The position numbers were made by a program, and so were the translations under genes. A stretch of 61,765 nt of DNA, counting the filler, from Sphacelaria rigidula (Eukaryota), in NCBI GenBank assembly GCA_964200075.2. It is 7 parts of 7 records of this genome, joined end to end, with 100 filler letters (N's around TTAATTAATTAA, not from the genome) between each part and the next. Parts side by side here need not be neighbours in the genome. Positions count along the whole stretch, not along the records: positions 1 to 8,739 come from CAXNAA020010224.1; positions 8,840 to 17,578 come from CAXNAA020010225.1; 5 more parts are not named here. The stretch is one strand, 5' to 3'. Under the pieces are notes generated by a model. That model searched no databases. It worked only from the letters and a program-made list of their open reading frames with translations, and was not told the origin of the DNA. How positions within the stretch are numbered: position 1 is the first letter of the stretch; every line of letters begins with the position of its first letter. This document shows, piece by piece, positions 1 to 11,800 of the stretch.

Positions 1-238
1 ACTGGTTCAATGGATAAACTGTTCGCTTCCTGAACGATCCCGGCATGATCGATTGTGGAAGGAATGAGTTTGACACGTGGACAGTGAGGCTTGCGAGGGG
101 CAAGAGGCCCCGGAGATCCCTGATGTATCATGCCGGGATGGACCACGCAGCATATCTTTTGTTCAGGAAGCGAACAGTTTATCCATTGAACCAGTGAGCG
201 CTCACTGGTTCAATGGATAAAATGTTCGCTTCCTGAAC
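1..238. repeat. Triple inverted repeat including a 78-bp palindrome
   Basis: The 35-mer ACTGGTTCAATGGATAAACTGTTCGCTTCCTGAAC is at 1-35, its reverse complement at 161-195, and a forward copy with 1 mismatch at 204-238. 161-238 is a palindrome centred on GAGCGCTC (196-203). Confidence 0.9.
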
Positions 239-919
239 AGCCCCCCCGGGGGCGGCCATGCCGAACCAGCCGGCGGCCACCCCGGCACCGCCTCCTCCTC
301 CCGCGGTCGAAGCTAGTACCGAGGAAACTGCAATCCGCCTCCTTTGGGAGGAACTCGCCACTAAACAAGCAAATATGTAGCGGAACACTACAACCGTCGC
401 AGCAGCCCACTCCGCCGCTCTTCGGGCCCACGTGGGACATCAATCGGAAATGACCGACTGCAAGCGGAAGGCTGCCGAACTCGCGGCCCACATAGACTGT
501 ACCGCGGAGCTCGCCACGTCGGCGACAACTTTACTTTCGGCACATCAGGCCTCGCGCACACGCGCTACGTCTCCCAACCCTTCTCCGCCCGCACAGCGGA
601 CCACCGTGGCCACCACGCCATCAGGCTCGGGATCTTCGCTACCTGCCGGGCATCGCATACCCCGAAAGCAAGAAACCGTTTTCCCCCATGCCGCCCCTGC
701 AGCCACCCCCGACCTTTCTCTCGCTCCCCACGAGGCCACCGGGCTAGTGCATACGGTTCGCGACTGCTCTGGAAAGTTTTCCATCAATAACCCCCTGCAG
801 AGCTCGCGGACAGGCTGGGATACCATCCACTACAGCGCTCTGGTCGCGTTAGGTCTATATATTGACCAGAGCGGGCCACCCCCGGTTAAGGACCCCCATG
901 ACCTCATGTCGCCCAGCTG

Positions 920-2877
920 GTGGCCCATGCCACCACGGGCCCCAACCACGGCGCCGGCGTATACAAGAAGGTGGCCCATAACCTTTTACAGGCCCTCCGG
1001 AACGCCTTTCAGTCCGGCACTTCTGGGGACGACGACCACGACGATGGCGATGATGGATGGACTCCGGTCACCGTCAACTGCCGCCCGCCTAAGCGCAACA
1101 ACGATGATCGTCAGGGTGGCGGCCGAGGCGGCCGCCGTGGCGGCTCCGGGTCCAGCGGCGGAGGACGTCGAGGCGCCAACAACCGGCGGACCAACCGTGC
1201 TGCTCAGCACGCAACTTGGACGTGCCCGGGCTCGGGCTCGTCGGACAGTTCTTCTCGAAGACTTCGAAACAGAGACGGGTCGTCAACGGACCCCCCTCCT
1301 GTGGAGTCCATCAACGTTAGGCAAGACACCCCTCCTTTAGCTAATGTTTCCCGCGAGATATTAGGTTTATCTGACACGGATGATAACGATCGACCTTTGT
1401 CTTCGACCTCAACCCGCGCTTTAGCTGCCGCCGCTGTCAGCCAAGCACAGACTGCAACACGTGAGGCTGCAGCAGCTGCCAAAGTTGAAGCTGCTCGAGT
1501 TGCTGCCATACAGAGAGAGTACATACAGATGGATGTCAAGAAACGATGGCATATTAACACCATGCCTGCAGCAGACAATGAGGACTCTGGGCAGTTTACG
1601 TCGAGTTTTATTCAATCCATCCGCCGTACTGTACGCAACATTCTGCAATTAGCGGATCGCACGGGTGCACAGCGGTTCGAAAGTCCCGTTTGGGTTGATG
1701 GTTGGCAGACTCCGCTTCACAAAGCCTTACACCGCGCCATCTCTCGCCGCTCACCTGACCTCACCTCTTCATTGACACAGGTCATCGATGGATTCGTCAC
1801 AGCGATGGATCCGGACCGTGCCCAGGGGCGAACAGGGGCAGCTATGCTTGGTAATCTGGAGCGGCGCTTGACCGGTTACTTTGATCGGAGCACACAAGGT
1901 AGCTCCATACAACATTTAAGCTCGTTTGGTGTAGCCACCAACGTTAGTTTCGCCGACTACGTTCGGCAGTTTAAGTTGTTGGTTTCCAGCACCTTGGGAG
2001 CTGGCCGCCAGAGCGGGCCTTCCGATTCTATGTGTCAGTCATATTTCCGTATGAGCGTCTCCGAGTAGTTTCCGGCATGATGCCGTCGTTGTTTCCGGGT
2101 GCCTTAGCACATTGCGAGGTGCCTTACGCCTCTGTTGATGCAATGTAGACGGCTTTCGTCCACCAAGGAAGCAACCTCACTCCCGCCATTCGGGGTGACA
2201 AATATTCGTCTTCGCGTTCACAGCCTGCCGCTGTCTCCTCCGCGAACACCTACGGGTCTCGCGGACGGAACCCGAGTTCACCTCGTAGTACACGGACCCC
2301 CGACTCTGTCGCCGGTTCAGTAATGAATGTTAGAAGAAACAAAGACCCTTTCCGCGCGAGTTTTGACAGATGGCCGTACTCTGCCGAGACATGGGACGAT
2401 GTTTATTTGACTTCTTCGACAGCTTTTGACACAGATGACCCCCATTTGTGCAACCCGCTTCTGTCTTATTCGGCTAGACAAGACGCTTTTGGTCGCCACG
2501 CCAACAGCTGTATCAATTGCAAAGCACAAGGCCACAGCATGCGCGATTGCACCAAATCATGCATCAACGCATTCGACCTCATGAACCCTGAACTACAGGA
2601 CAATGAACCCGCGTGGCGCCGCTGGCAAAAACGAATGCGCGATTATCGTGCTCCGAGTGGTAATAATCGCAACCACTCGAACACCCGCGACAACAATCGC
2701 TCTTATCGCACGCGCCGACAAAACACCAACCACGGTTCTGGCACTCGCCAACGAGATCATACATCTCGCGCCAATCATAGCTCCGCTGATAGACACCAGC
2801 GGACGGAACCGACACATAGCTCGAACCCCAACACTAGAAACCCTGGTACCTTCACTTCGGATCGCGTAGACCCATGA
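920..2877 (+). pseudogene. gag: Gag-like polyprotein, disrupted
   Basis: ORFs 920-2068 and 2323-2877; CCHC zinc knuckle CINCKAQGHSMRDC at 2509-2550; Gly/Arg-rich segment; lies upstream of pol. Confidence 0.8.
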
Positions 2878-2974
2878 CGCAACAACGCCGGTGTTTCAAA
2901 GTCTTCGGCGCCGCCGACAGCACTTTCGAAGACTTTTTCAACACTACACGGAGTCCGTGACTCAGATTGCTCAC

Positions 2975-3160
2975 CCGACTCCCCCGGCACTATACAGGAG
3001 CGCAACTGACGGCCGTTCAATCTGACCCCCGTCTCCGACCTCTACACACTTTGCAACACAGCCCGCAGAGCCCGCGACTAAGAGTGTTCGCCCGGCTCCC
3101 CCGGCACTATACAGGAGCGCAACCGACGGCCGTTGATTTCGACCCCCGTCTTCACCCCTC
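2975..3160 (+). repeat. Direct repeat (2 copies, ~117-bp spacing) between gag and pol
   Basis: CTCCCCCGGCACTATACAGGAGCGCAAC(T/C)GACGGCCGTT...GACCCCCGTCT occurs twice; both copies translate RLPRHYTGAQ. Confidence 0.85.
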
Positions 3161-3789
3161 CGCACACCGCGTAACAGTTGTATCAATCCGCGACTCACAC
3201 CTACACCCGGCCCTGAACTTGGTCCTTCAGTACCGGGTATAAGTCTGAGGTGTGGAAAGACCAACCGCCAGTCTCTGAGGCAAAGGCTTCCCTCAGCGAC
3301 CGCACGCACAGGTAGTCACAAGCTCTTTTCAGCTGACCCCAGTGTTGCTGATTTGAATTTGACCACATCGGATCATGTAATCCTCAAACAGTTGGATCGG
3401 GCACCATCCTCGCGATTTTCAACCCGCGCAAAACTACCTTTGGCAGGTTCAAATAACAACCGCCCCAGAATACCTTCGGCCATGTCTCCCCCGCCAAGCT
3501 TGCCTACGGAAAGCAGCCCACATGCTTCGCCCCATCATGCCCCGATGCTGACCCCATCCACCCGACTGGACGCAGTTGTGGTCTCATCCCCATATTCTTT
3601 GGAAGTTCCCCGCCCTTTGTCACGGCGAAAGAGAAAGCCAAGGACGCGCGCGCATCACCATGTACACCTCTTTCGAGTGGAAATTCTCGACTTCAATCCC
3701 TCCAAAATGCGACGGCTTTGGGCTCGACGGCCCTATCAAGTATCACGGAAAAAACGTAATCAGATATTTCTGACGCCTCTTCTTGTTCA

Positions 3790-5230
3790 ATGGACGACTC
3801 CAGGCACATACAATCTGGATCTGCCTTAGACAGTGATCCCTGCCAACCAAAGACGATCATTTATGAAATCGGTAATGGTCACCCTAACCGTGCCACACCT
3901 GGAAATGATAAACCGTCCACCCCGTTCTTTGGTGAGAAATCTGACCCACCGGCGGACCAACCGTCTTATGTTTTTGCCGTCAGCCACGCCGATCCCGACC
4001 AATTCACCTTGCCGGAACACGGTCCGGACCTTGTCGGTGGCAAAGTGTCTGTGGATCCTGCCACGTTTACTACACGTGTCGCGATTCACTCTGATCCCAA
4101 CGCCACCACGCCTACGAAATGCGTATCCTTGTTGGACAGCGGCAGCCCGCAGACGTTCATTCGAAAATCAACATGGGAACACATGAAGCAAACTGGCGCT
4201 GCTACTGCAGCTTGTGAAACCTCCACCCAGCCTCGAGTATGGGGGGGTTTCGGTGATTCTACTGCACCCCTGACGACACAAACATCCGTACGTCTCAGTG
4301 TACATGTTTTTTCACAACACCACTCGCTCTGCCAGCCTGGCCGTCTGGCCATACGTTGTCCCCGATAGCACCATGCACCATGGCATTTTATTGGGCAGAG
4401 ATAGCTACATGCGATTTGATCAACGACCCTACCGCACGCTTCCACCACCATCACCACATTCCACGCCGCGTGGAGAATTCAACCTCGAGCACTTCGGTAC
4501 TCTCCGACACTTTCTACGATAGCCCCCCCCCAAAACCAGCCGAAAAGTGTCACGAAAAAAATGGCCGTACAGCGCCTGATGTTTGGGTTCAGGCGGGATG
4601 AAGCGCCTCATATTGGCGACATTGGCTAGAACGAATACCCAAGGGTGGGAATTCCAAGCTTCTCGTTGTGTTCGGGTTTCCCGTTTCGGCTTACGCGAAG
4701 ATTTTGCCTCCCAAAACCATGCACTTTTTTGGGGGGGGGATATCGTAGAAAGTGTCCTCCACGGCGCCCTGGCTTATCAGAAGAATCCTCAAGCAACCGG
4801 AGCTGCTTACCACCTACGATGTAATGGTAGCGTTGGTATTACACTCTTCGAAGATCCTCAACTTCTAGAAGTTGCACTAGTTCGCCGAACCGGCATGCCA
4901 GCACTCACGGGTCATTATCTCGCCGAAATGCTACCCCACATCGGCGCCCCAGCGGACACAGAACATTTTGTCTCGGCGGGACAACAACTCCTTCCTCTTA
5001 CGGGTCATGCTAACTTGGAACCCGGCGATATTTTAGGAATTGCCGCTGCTCCCCTGATGCACATTCCACTCGAATCGTGCGTAACAGAGCCTACTGCGCC
5101 AAACGCAACATCTCCGACGGTGTCGGTCCATTGTGTCGATGAACCTTATTTCGACCTTGCTCCCGCGACTCCACCCCAAGTTCATTCACATCGTGGAACC
5201 TGCCCAGTCAAACTCCGATCCTCCCGATGA
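3790..5230 (+). pseudogene. pol: Retrotransposon aspartic protease region, frameshifted and MITE-interrupted
   Basis: SLLDSGSPQTFI active-site motif, then GILLGRDSY in the next frame (ORF 4298-4522). Confidence 0.85.
4506..4756 (+). mobile_element. 251-bp MITE, GACAC family, 4-bp TSD CTCC
   Basis: TIR GACACTTTCTACGATAGCCCCC.../...GGGGGATATCGTAGAAAGTGTC; CTCC at 4502-4505 and 4757-4760; removing it with one TSD restores the pol frame (HFGTL-HGALAYQK). Confidence 0.95.
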
Positions 5231-6720
5231 AGTGCTTCAACGCCCATCACCAGATTCTCGGAATAGTTTCTTGCAAATGTGGCACCAACTGTCGCCACAC
5301 ATGCGCGACATCAACTTTGACCTCCATGGGCCCGGCTGGGAACCAGCGGTCATCCGAGAACTCAGTGATGCCCTTCTACAGTACCAAGACCGATTTTCTC
5401 GATCCAAGACGGCCCTTGGGCACTGCAAAACGCGGCCCTTGGAGATTACCCTCCGACCCGGCGTCGCGCCGATCTCTTCCCGACCATACAGGACGAACCC
5501 AATTCTTACCAAAAAGGTTAACGCCATCTTGGATGCGTATTTGGGAGCAGGACTAATACAATATTCCTCCTCTCCTTGGGCCTCGCCACTTGTGGTTGTT
5601 CCCAAAAAGGATGGAAACATACGCATCACCGTGAATTTCCAACGGTTGAACCGCGTAACCGTGATTGATAAGCTTCCAATCCCCCGCACTGATGAAGCCT
5701 TCGACTCCTCAGGTGAAGGGAAGATATTCAGCACCTTCGACCTCGCTTCTGGATTCTTCCAGAATGCTATCCACCCTGACACGGCCCCACTTACGGCTTT
5801 TTGTACCTCGCATGGGCTTTATGAATGACTTCGAATGCCACAAGGCGCTGCCACTGCTCCAGGATGCTTTCAACGCTTAATGCAACGCGTGACGGAGGGC
5901 CTCGAGCACATCATCATGTACCTAGATGACGCTATCGCTTTTGATGCCTCACCTATTGCACATTTCCGCACTCTACGAGAATTTCTCTCTCGACTGCGAA
6001 CTCACGATTTGAAACTGTCCTCATCCGAAGCTCGCCTTGGTGCGACTGACTTGGATTTTTTGGGGCGCTCCATCTCGCCCGCAGGCCTACACCCGGATAC
6101 GAACAAAGTCAGGGCTATGACTGACTTACCGATGCCAACCAACATCTCTTCACTTCGCTCCTTGTTGGGCGGGCTATCTTACTACCGCAAATTTTCGCCG
6201 AATTTGTCTAAACGGATACGCCCCCTCACCGAGCTACTCAAGAAAGGAGCCGTGTTTTCCTTCACTACCGAGATGGAAAATATCACCCGCGAATTGCTGA
6301 AAACGATTACCGAAAAACCGGTCCTCCGTTTCCCTGATTGGGAGGCAGTGGAAGACGGCTCTCGCCTTTTTCAACTCCACACTGACGCTAGCACAGACGG
6401 ATTCGGAGGAGTTTTGAATCAACCTCAGGCTGATGGCTCTGTTCGATCTCTCCTCTACATCAGTCGCGCCACCTTGCCCAATGAGGCCAACTGGAGCCCG
6501 TTAGAACCGGAAGGCGGAGTTATCACCTGGGCCATTGAGCGCCTTCGACAATACCTGTTTCACGTGCCCTTTGAAATCTACACGGATCAAGGGGCACTCG
6601 AGCAACCGCGTGTACAACGCTGGTTGGAGTGACTAACAGCATACCAGTATACCATTAAGCATCGTCTAGGAAAAACCAACGGGAACGCTGATCTTCTCTC
6701 CCGATTACCCCTGCCGCCTA
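5133..6720 (+). pseudogene. pol: Reverse transcriptase plus RNase H, with premature stops
   Basis: SSPWASPLVVVPKKDG, FSTFDLASGFFQ, GLYE*LRMPQG (TGA 5826-5828), YLDD, LHTDASTDGFGGVL, RVQRWLE* (TGA 6630-6632). Confidence 0.95.
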
Positions 6721-6845
6721 CAGCCGCAGATTCCAGCCCGGCTTGCAGTCTAACGGAACCCGACGAGCCTGGGATTTACCCTAATAGACATCTTTCGACG
6801 TCAGTCTACGCCCTTGACCTTCAATGTCCGGAAACTGGTACGCAC

Positions 6846-8693
6846 ATGGGCGCACCTCGCCCTCTGCCCTACGACGCCGTCGTGGGTGGGTTAAAACCCA
6901 CAACCTCCGATTTTGTCAGTTTTCGGACCTTTGGTACTCGCGCCAAGCTTCTCACGGAAACACCCTCGGGTATCCACCTGATTTCAGACAACACGCGCTC
7001 TCGGTCTGCCGCCCGCACCAACCCCCCAAGTGCCCCGCCGCCACCAATGTCACCTACAAGTTCTACGAGCCACGCAGCACTGGTCCTACGGACCGACACG
7101 CAACGCTCCGCAAACAATAGTGTAACAAACAACACGCGCCGCGGACCTTCTTCGCCGCGCACAACTTCAACTCCGCCGCTTCTAACGGCGACACCGACAA
7201 CCCCTGCTCCCGAGGCGGAGATTGACGTCGGCATTTCTGCCCCGTCACCTGTTTCCCCGCTACCTACCCCACCTTGTTTGGTCTGCTCTCCAGCGGAAGG
7301 CCAACTGCGCGAGTTTCTCGCCAGCTACTCTCACCGTGACTGGGCTCGCGAACAAAACGTAGAACCGCTGTGTCGCGCAGCCACCCGTTACTTACAGGTC
7401 GACTGCCCAGTCCCTTTCCCGCCCGAACGTTTGGCTCCTGTTGGCACACTGCCACCACCAGATATCTCCGAGGTATATGAACTCGTGCGTGAAGGCACGA
7501 TTTTTACCACGAACGAAGGTGTGCAATTACTCGTGCGTCGACCCACGCCTGTAGCAGGCGCAATCACTATCTCCACCACGGGACGCCACGCACGACTACT
7601 CGATGACGAACCCACGCGCATATATGTTCCGTTATTAATGCGCCCCTGGGTCATGAAAGGCTGTCACACAGACTTGTCATGTCATCTTGGCGTCACCCGC
7701 ACCCTAGCGCTCTTCGCATGCTTTTACTGGTGGGTTGGCATGGAAATTTCCACCCGCTTTTGGATTCGGCGATGCTTCAAATGCCAAGCTCGAAATACTT
7801 CACGGCAGACCGTCCGCTGGCCAGTCATTTTTAAAGGACTCCCCAACGCGCCCGGCCACCTTGTGTCCTTTGACTACTTCGGCCCTCTACCGCCCACAGG
7901 TCGCGGCAACAGCTACATCTTACTCTTCACTGACCGCTTCAGCCGCCACGTGTGCATGTACGCGGTAACCGCTGCAGATTTCACTGCAGCAGGAACGGCC
8001 GACATATTGGTCCACGACTACATCAAGCACTACGGTTACCCGAAACGACGTCTTTCAGACAATGGTCAGCAATTTTGCTCAGATCGTTTTGCGGAGGTTC
8101 ACAAGCTCCTGGGCATCCGCAAAATTGCCACGAGCGCCTACCACCCTGACAGCAACGGTGGTATCGAACGAATTAATCACACCATGGCCCAAATGCTCTC
8201 TATGGTCGTTAACGACCGCCAAAATGATCGGGACCTACATCTCTCGCACATTATGTTGTCCTGCAATAACTCGGTCAATGCCGCCACAGGCCTTTCTCCG
8301 AACGAGCTCCTTCTTGGACGTTACCCCCGGCTACCCATTACCGTGTTTGAAAGACACACGTCCGATGGCCACCAAGGCTTGGATCAGGATCGGACATCCC
8401 ATCATGAGCTAGCGCATTCACGACAACGAAAAGCGCTTACCCTCGTGCGCGAACAACACGCTATCAATGCTTCGCGCCTGGAGCGATCTAACACTGCTCT
8501 CTACAACCTAATGCACAAACGCCCCAACTGAAAAGTTGGTGATTGGGTTTGGGTCTACAACAGTCTATCGACCATCCGCCAGGGTACCAGCAAGGCAGCC
8601 GACGAAATAATTTTGAAGGCAGAATTGTCCCTCAATTGGACAGGACCTTTCAAGATTCTGACAGCCGGTCCCTCGCCATCCTCACTGGATGAT
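6846..8693 (+). pseudogene. pol: Integrase (HHCC, DDE core, GPF motif) after a Pro/Thr-rich linker
   Basis: CHTDLSCHLG...CFKCQ; SFDYFGPLP; SDNGQQF; YHPDSNGGIERIN; WTGPFKI after a stop at 8529-8531. Confidence 0.95.
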
Positions 8694-8739
8694 GACACTT
8701 TCTACGATAGTCCCCCCCAAAACAGTGCATGGTTTTGGG
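8694..8739 (-). mobile_element. GACAC-family MITE, truncated by contig end
   Basis: GACACTTTCTACGATAGTCCCCCCCAAAACAGTGCATGGTTTTGGG matches the reverse complement of the right end of the 4506-4756 copy. Confidence 0.9.
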
Positions 8740-8839
8740 NNNNNNNNNNNNNNNNNNNNNNNNNNNNNNNNNNNNNNNNNNNNTTAATTAATTAANNNNN
8801 NNNNNNNNNNNNNNNNNNNNNNNNNNNNNNNNNNNNNNN
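8740..8839. other. Artificial contig linker (44N-TTAATTAATTAA-44N)
   Basis: Same 100-nt structure at all six gaps; the 12-mer has stop codons in all six frames. Confidence 0.98.
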
Positions 8840-11800
8840 ACCCCTTGGACCAGCGGTCAACTTTTTTCTCCCTTTTGGGTAATCAGGCCAAAGGAATCGT
8901 GGATTTGGTGATTCGAACCCGCGATGATTCGTCCTTATCGTGAAAGCTGTAAATGTGTTGACCGAAAAAAAACTAAAGATGGTCGCTTTCAATTGAAAAT
9001 TATTGAATCGGCATGATTTTCACTCGAAAAAATAGTGCCATGGCCCTCATGACCTACCCTGGCGATCAAAGTGTTGATTTTTCACCACTAGGAAGCCAAC
9101 AGCGGATTTTTTTCGTACCAAAAACGCCTTGCCGTTGAGACGCTAAAACCAATTCCGAAGTTGTTCAATCGCGAGCACTAAAAATACCAAGAAGTGGAAT
9201 AGCGATCAGTACGGGTCGCCTTCACCTCCCTCCCTTCCGAGGATGGTAAGGCAAGGGCGCACCGTGGGCAGCGGAATTATTGGCACCCGTGGTCAAATAT
9301 AGTATTTGCGACCTGCATTGTTTCAGGTGTAGCAGGTTGCGATACGCCAGCGGCCGGCCATGCCTCGACGGTTGCTACACGTCACTGTATTCGAGGGAAG
9401 GGATCTCCTTGAATTCAAGCAGCCCTACTTGGTGGCGGAGCTCATCACCGTGCGGAGACGGCGCATCAGACATGAGAGAACCAAAACGAAGGTGTGTACG
9501 TAGAATTGGTTGTTTGCTGCTTGGTGGTGCATGATAACAAACGAGATAACAAACGGGATTTCCGGATACTTTCCGAGAACACTTGATCAACAAATAACAG
9601 GTGATCCTGAAAAATGGCAACTGGGTTTCCCTATGGACCCGAACAGAGGTCGAAATTGTATGTGGTATTCAACCTCTTGTAGTACCCGTCCAATGTTTCC
9701 TTTCAAAACACGGATGATTTATGGGCGGAATAGAAAAGCATAATCAAGTAGTAGTAGTGGTAAGGGTTGCAGATTGCATTATGTCGAGTCTGTACACTAT
9801 TAATAAGGATCGGACGTACTCCAGCCGTTGTGGTGGCCATAATGGGTACAGTCACAGAACATTGAATAGTGACCTCGACGGCCATGACATGACACATGAA
9901 GGTGGGGCTGCCCTGGCCAAACGAGTTTCCAAATTTCCGACAGAGTGTCAGAAAAGGGCTCGCATACGCACTTCCCTGTAACGTCGACCGACCAGGACAT
10001 GTTCGAAAAATATCAAATATGGAACACACTGGAATATAGAAGCAGCCAACAATGCGACAGCACCGCCAGCACCACCTGTTGTTGCTGCTGCCGCACCGCC
10101 GTGTGCTCTGTGGTGTCCAAGGAGGTTTTTACTACTCAACTGCTCCTTCCTCTCGGCGTGAGAGGGGAGAAATCACAACACCAATGGCAACGTGTCCCCT
10201 TGTGAGATACGTCGCACACGTTGGTGGTGACAGTTGGGCGGGTTTCCACAAGTAATAACGAAACAGTTTAGGCAGACCACATACCAACATAGTCGTGACC
10301 GCGCTGATCGAAGTGAGTAAGGACAGGAAGGCTGTGTGCGGCGCGTGATGGTGTCCGAACTAAAGTCTACTCGGCTGCTGTTTGCTCTCTTCGCGTGAGA
10401 GGCGAAGCCAGACCAAAACACCAACCAGTTAATTTTTTCTGACCACCTTGCACACGTCGGTGGCGACAATGGTCTCCGAACAAAGGTACAATCCAGGGTT
10501 CGAATCTCCCTGTAACCGTCTTGACCTTTTGTCTTGTATGATAGTAACTACGGGAATATGTACCAGAGGGATGATACACATTTCCAGGCACCCAAGATAA
10601 AAACGTTTAACCCTGCCACATGTTGAACATATGAAGCGGCGCTGATTACAGGGGTGACAACCCTGGGGGAAGGGTTAGGTGGCGCTGTGCACCTAAGCGA
10701 TGACTGAGCGACGGAGGGGTTCAGGCGTTGTGTTCCGTTATTTCGCAAGTTACTGTGCCGTTTGCGCGTGCCCAGTGGTCGTGCGGTATGTCAATCGCTG
10801 CGCAGGGGTCTCGTTGGGTTGGGGTGGAAATATCCGACGGCGGGGCCTTGAGTCTCCAGGCCGTAAAAATAGATGAAGAGAAGCGCTGGAGATGTTCTTC
10901 GGCCATTCGATTTTGTGCCTTGCGGTTGGGTGGACGATGGCTGTGGAAGGCCGATAGAAGTCAAATAGGGGTACACGTTGGACGCACTAGGGGCCAAGAT
11001 AGTACAAAAACGATATCAACATCGTTGATGATGGGTATACCAACCACGCTGTCGGACAAGTTAGGGTACTCTGCAAGGCCCTTGTTTCTCGCGGTACTAT
11101 TCAACCCTAAATCGCGCTCCTTTTTCGCGAAAGTTGGTGTACATGCTCTGCATGGGCTGCGAGCGCCTTGCCTTTGCTTCGGGACTGAGTTTTGAGTGGT
11201 TTGGGCCAAGTACGAACAGCTTTAACTTGCGCGTTTACCTGTACCCTCTCTGGGCTGAAATAGGTGTTCATGTACCCCTTTTGACTGTTGACGTTTATTA
11301 TTCGGGTCTAGAATAATTGGACAACGGAGGTTTCGATAAAAATTCAGGCGTAAAGCATCGAAAACAGAGGTTGTGGAACACGGCACTCGTTTACAAAGCA
11401 CCGTATTTCAGTACGCCGTTTCTCGGACATGATGGACAAAACGCCCCCCCCCCCCCCAAATGGCCTTTTTTGTCAAACACTGTTTTTTGCCGAATTTCGG
11501 AACTATTGGAGACAGCTTCAAACATGAGTAAAAATCTTACTCATGAGGAATAAGTTGAATCATACATTGAATATAACTCGCAGACGATTCGAGTGTATGC
11601 CTCTAAGAGCGGATTCAAACATTGATGGAACGGAGGGTAGATATTCATGTACAATGTGTGTTTATGTTCGTCCCCAGACGATCCGACGGTCGACACTTAC
11701 ACATGCACGATGAAGAGGACGAGGGCGGTGCTGCCTCCCAGCCCTTGCCCACGAAACAGCTCTTTTGGTTTAAATTTTGACGCAGAGAATCGCTTCAAAA

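Larger units (their letters stand above)
432..8693 (+). mobile_element. Decayed Ty3/Gypsy LTR retrotransposon, internal region (LTRs not seen in this contig)
   Basis: Domain order gag-protease-RT-RNaseH-integrase is diagnostic of Gypsy; several in-frame stops and frameshifts; left boundary approximate. Confidence 0.95.

Noticed and set aside
2066..8531. Several TGA/TAG stops in the Gypsy ORFs as read-through, recoding or targeted hypermutation
   Set aside because: Few events, mixed with frameshifts and MITE insertions, and many TGG codons remain intact. Ordinary decay explains them.
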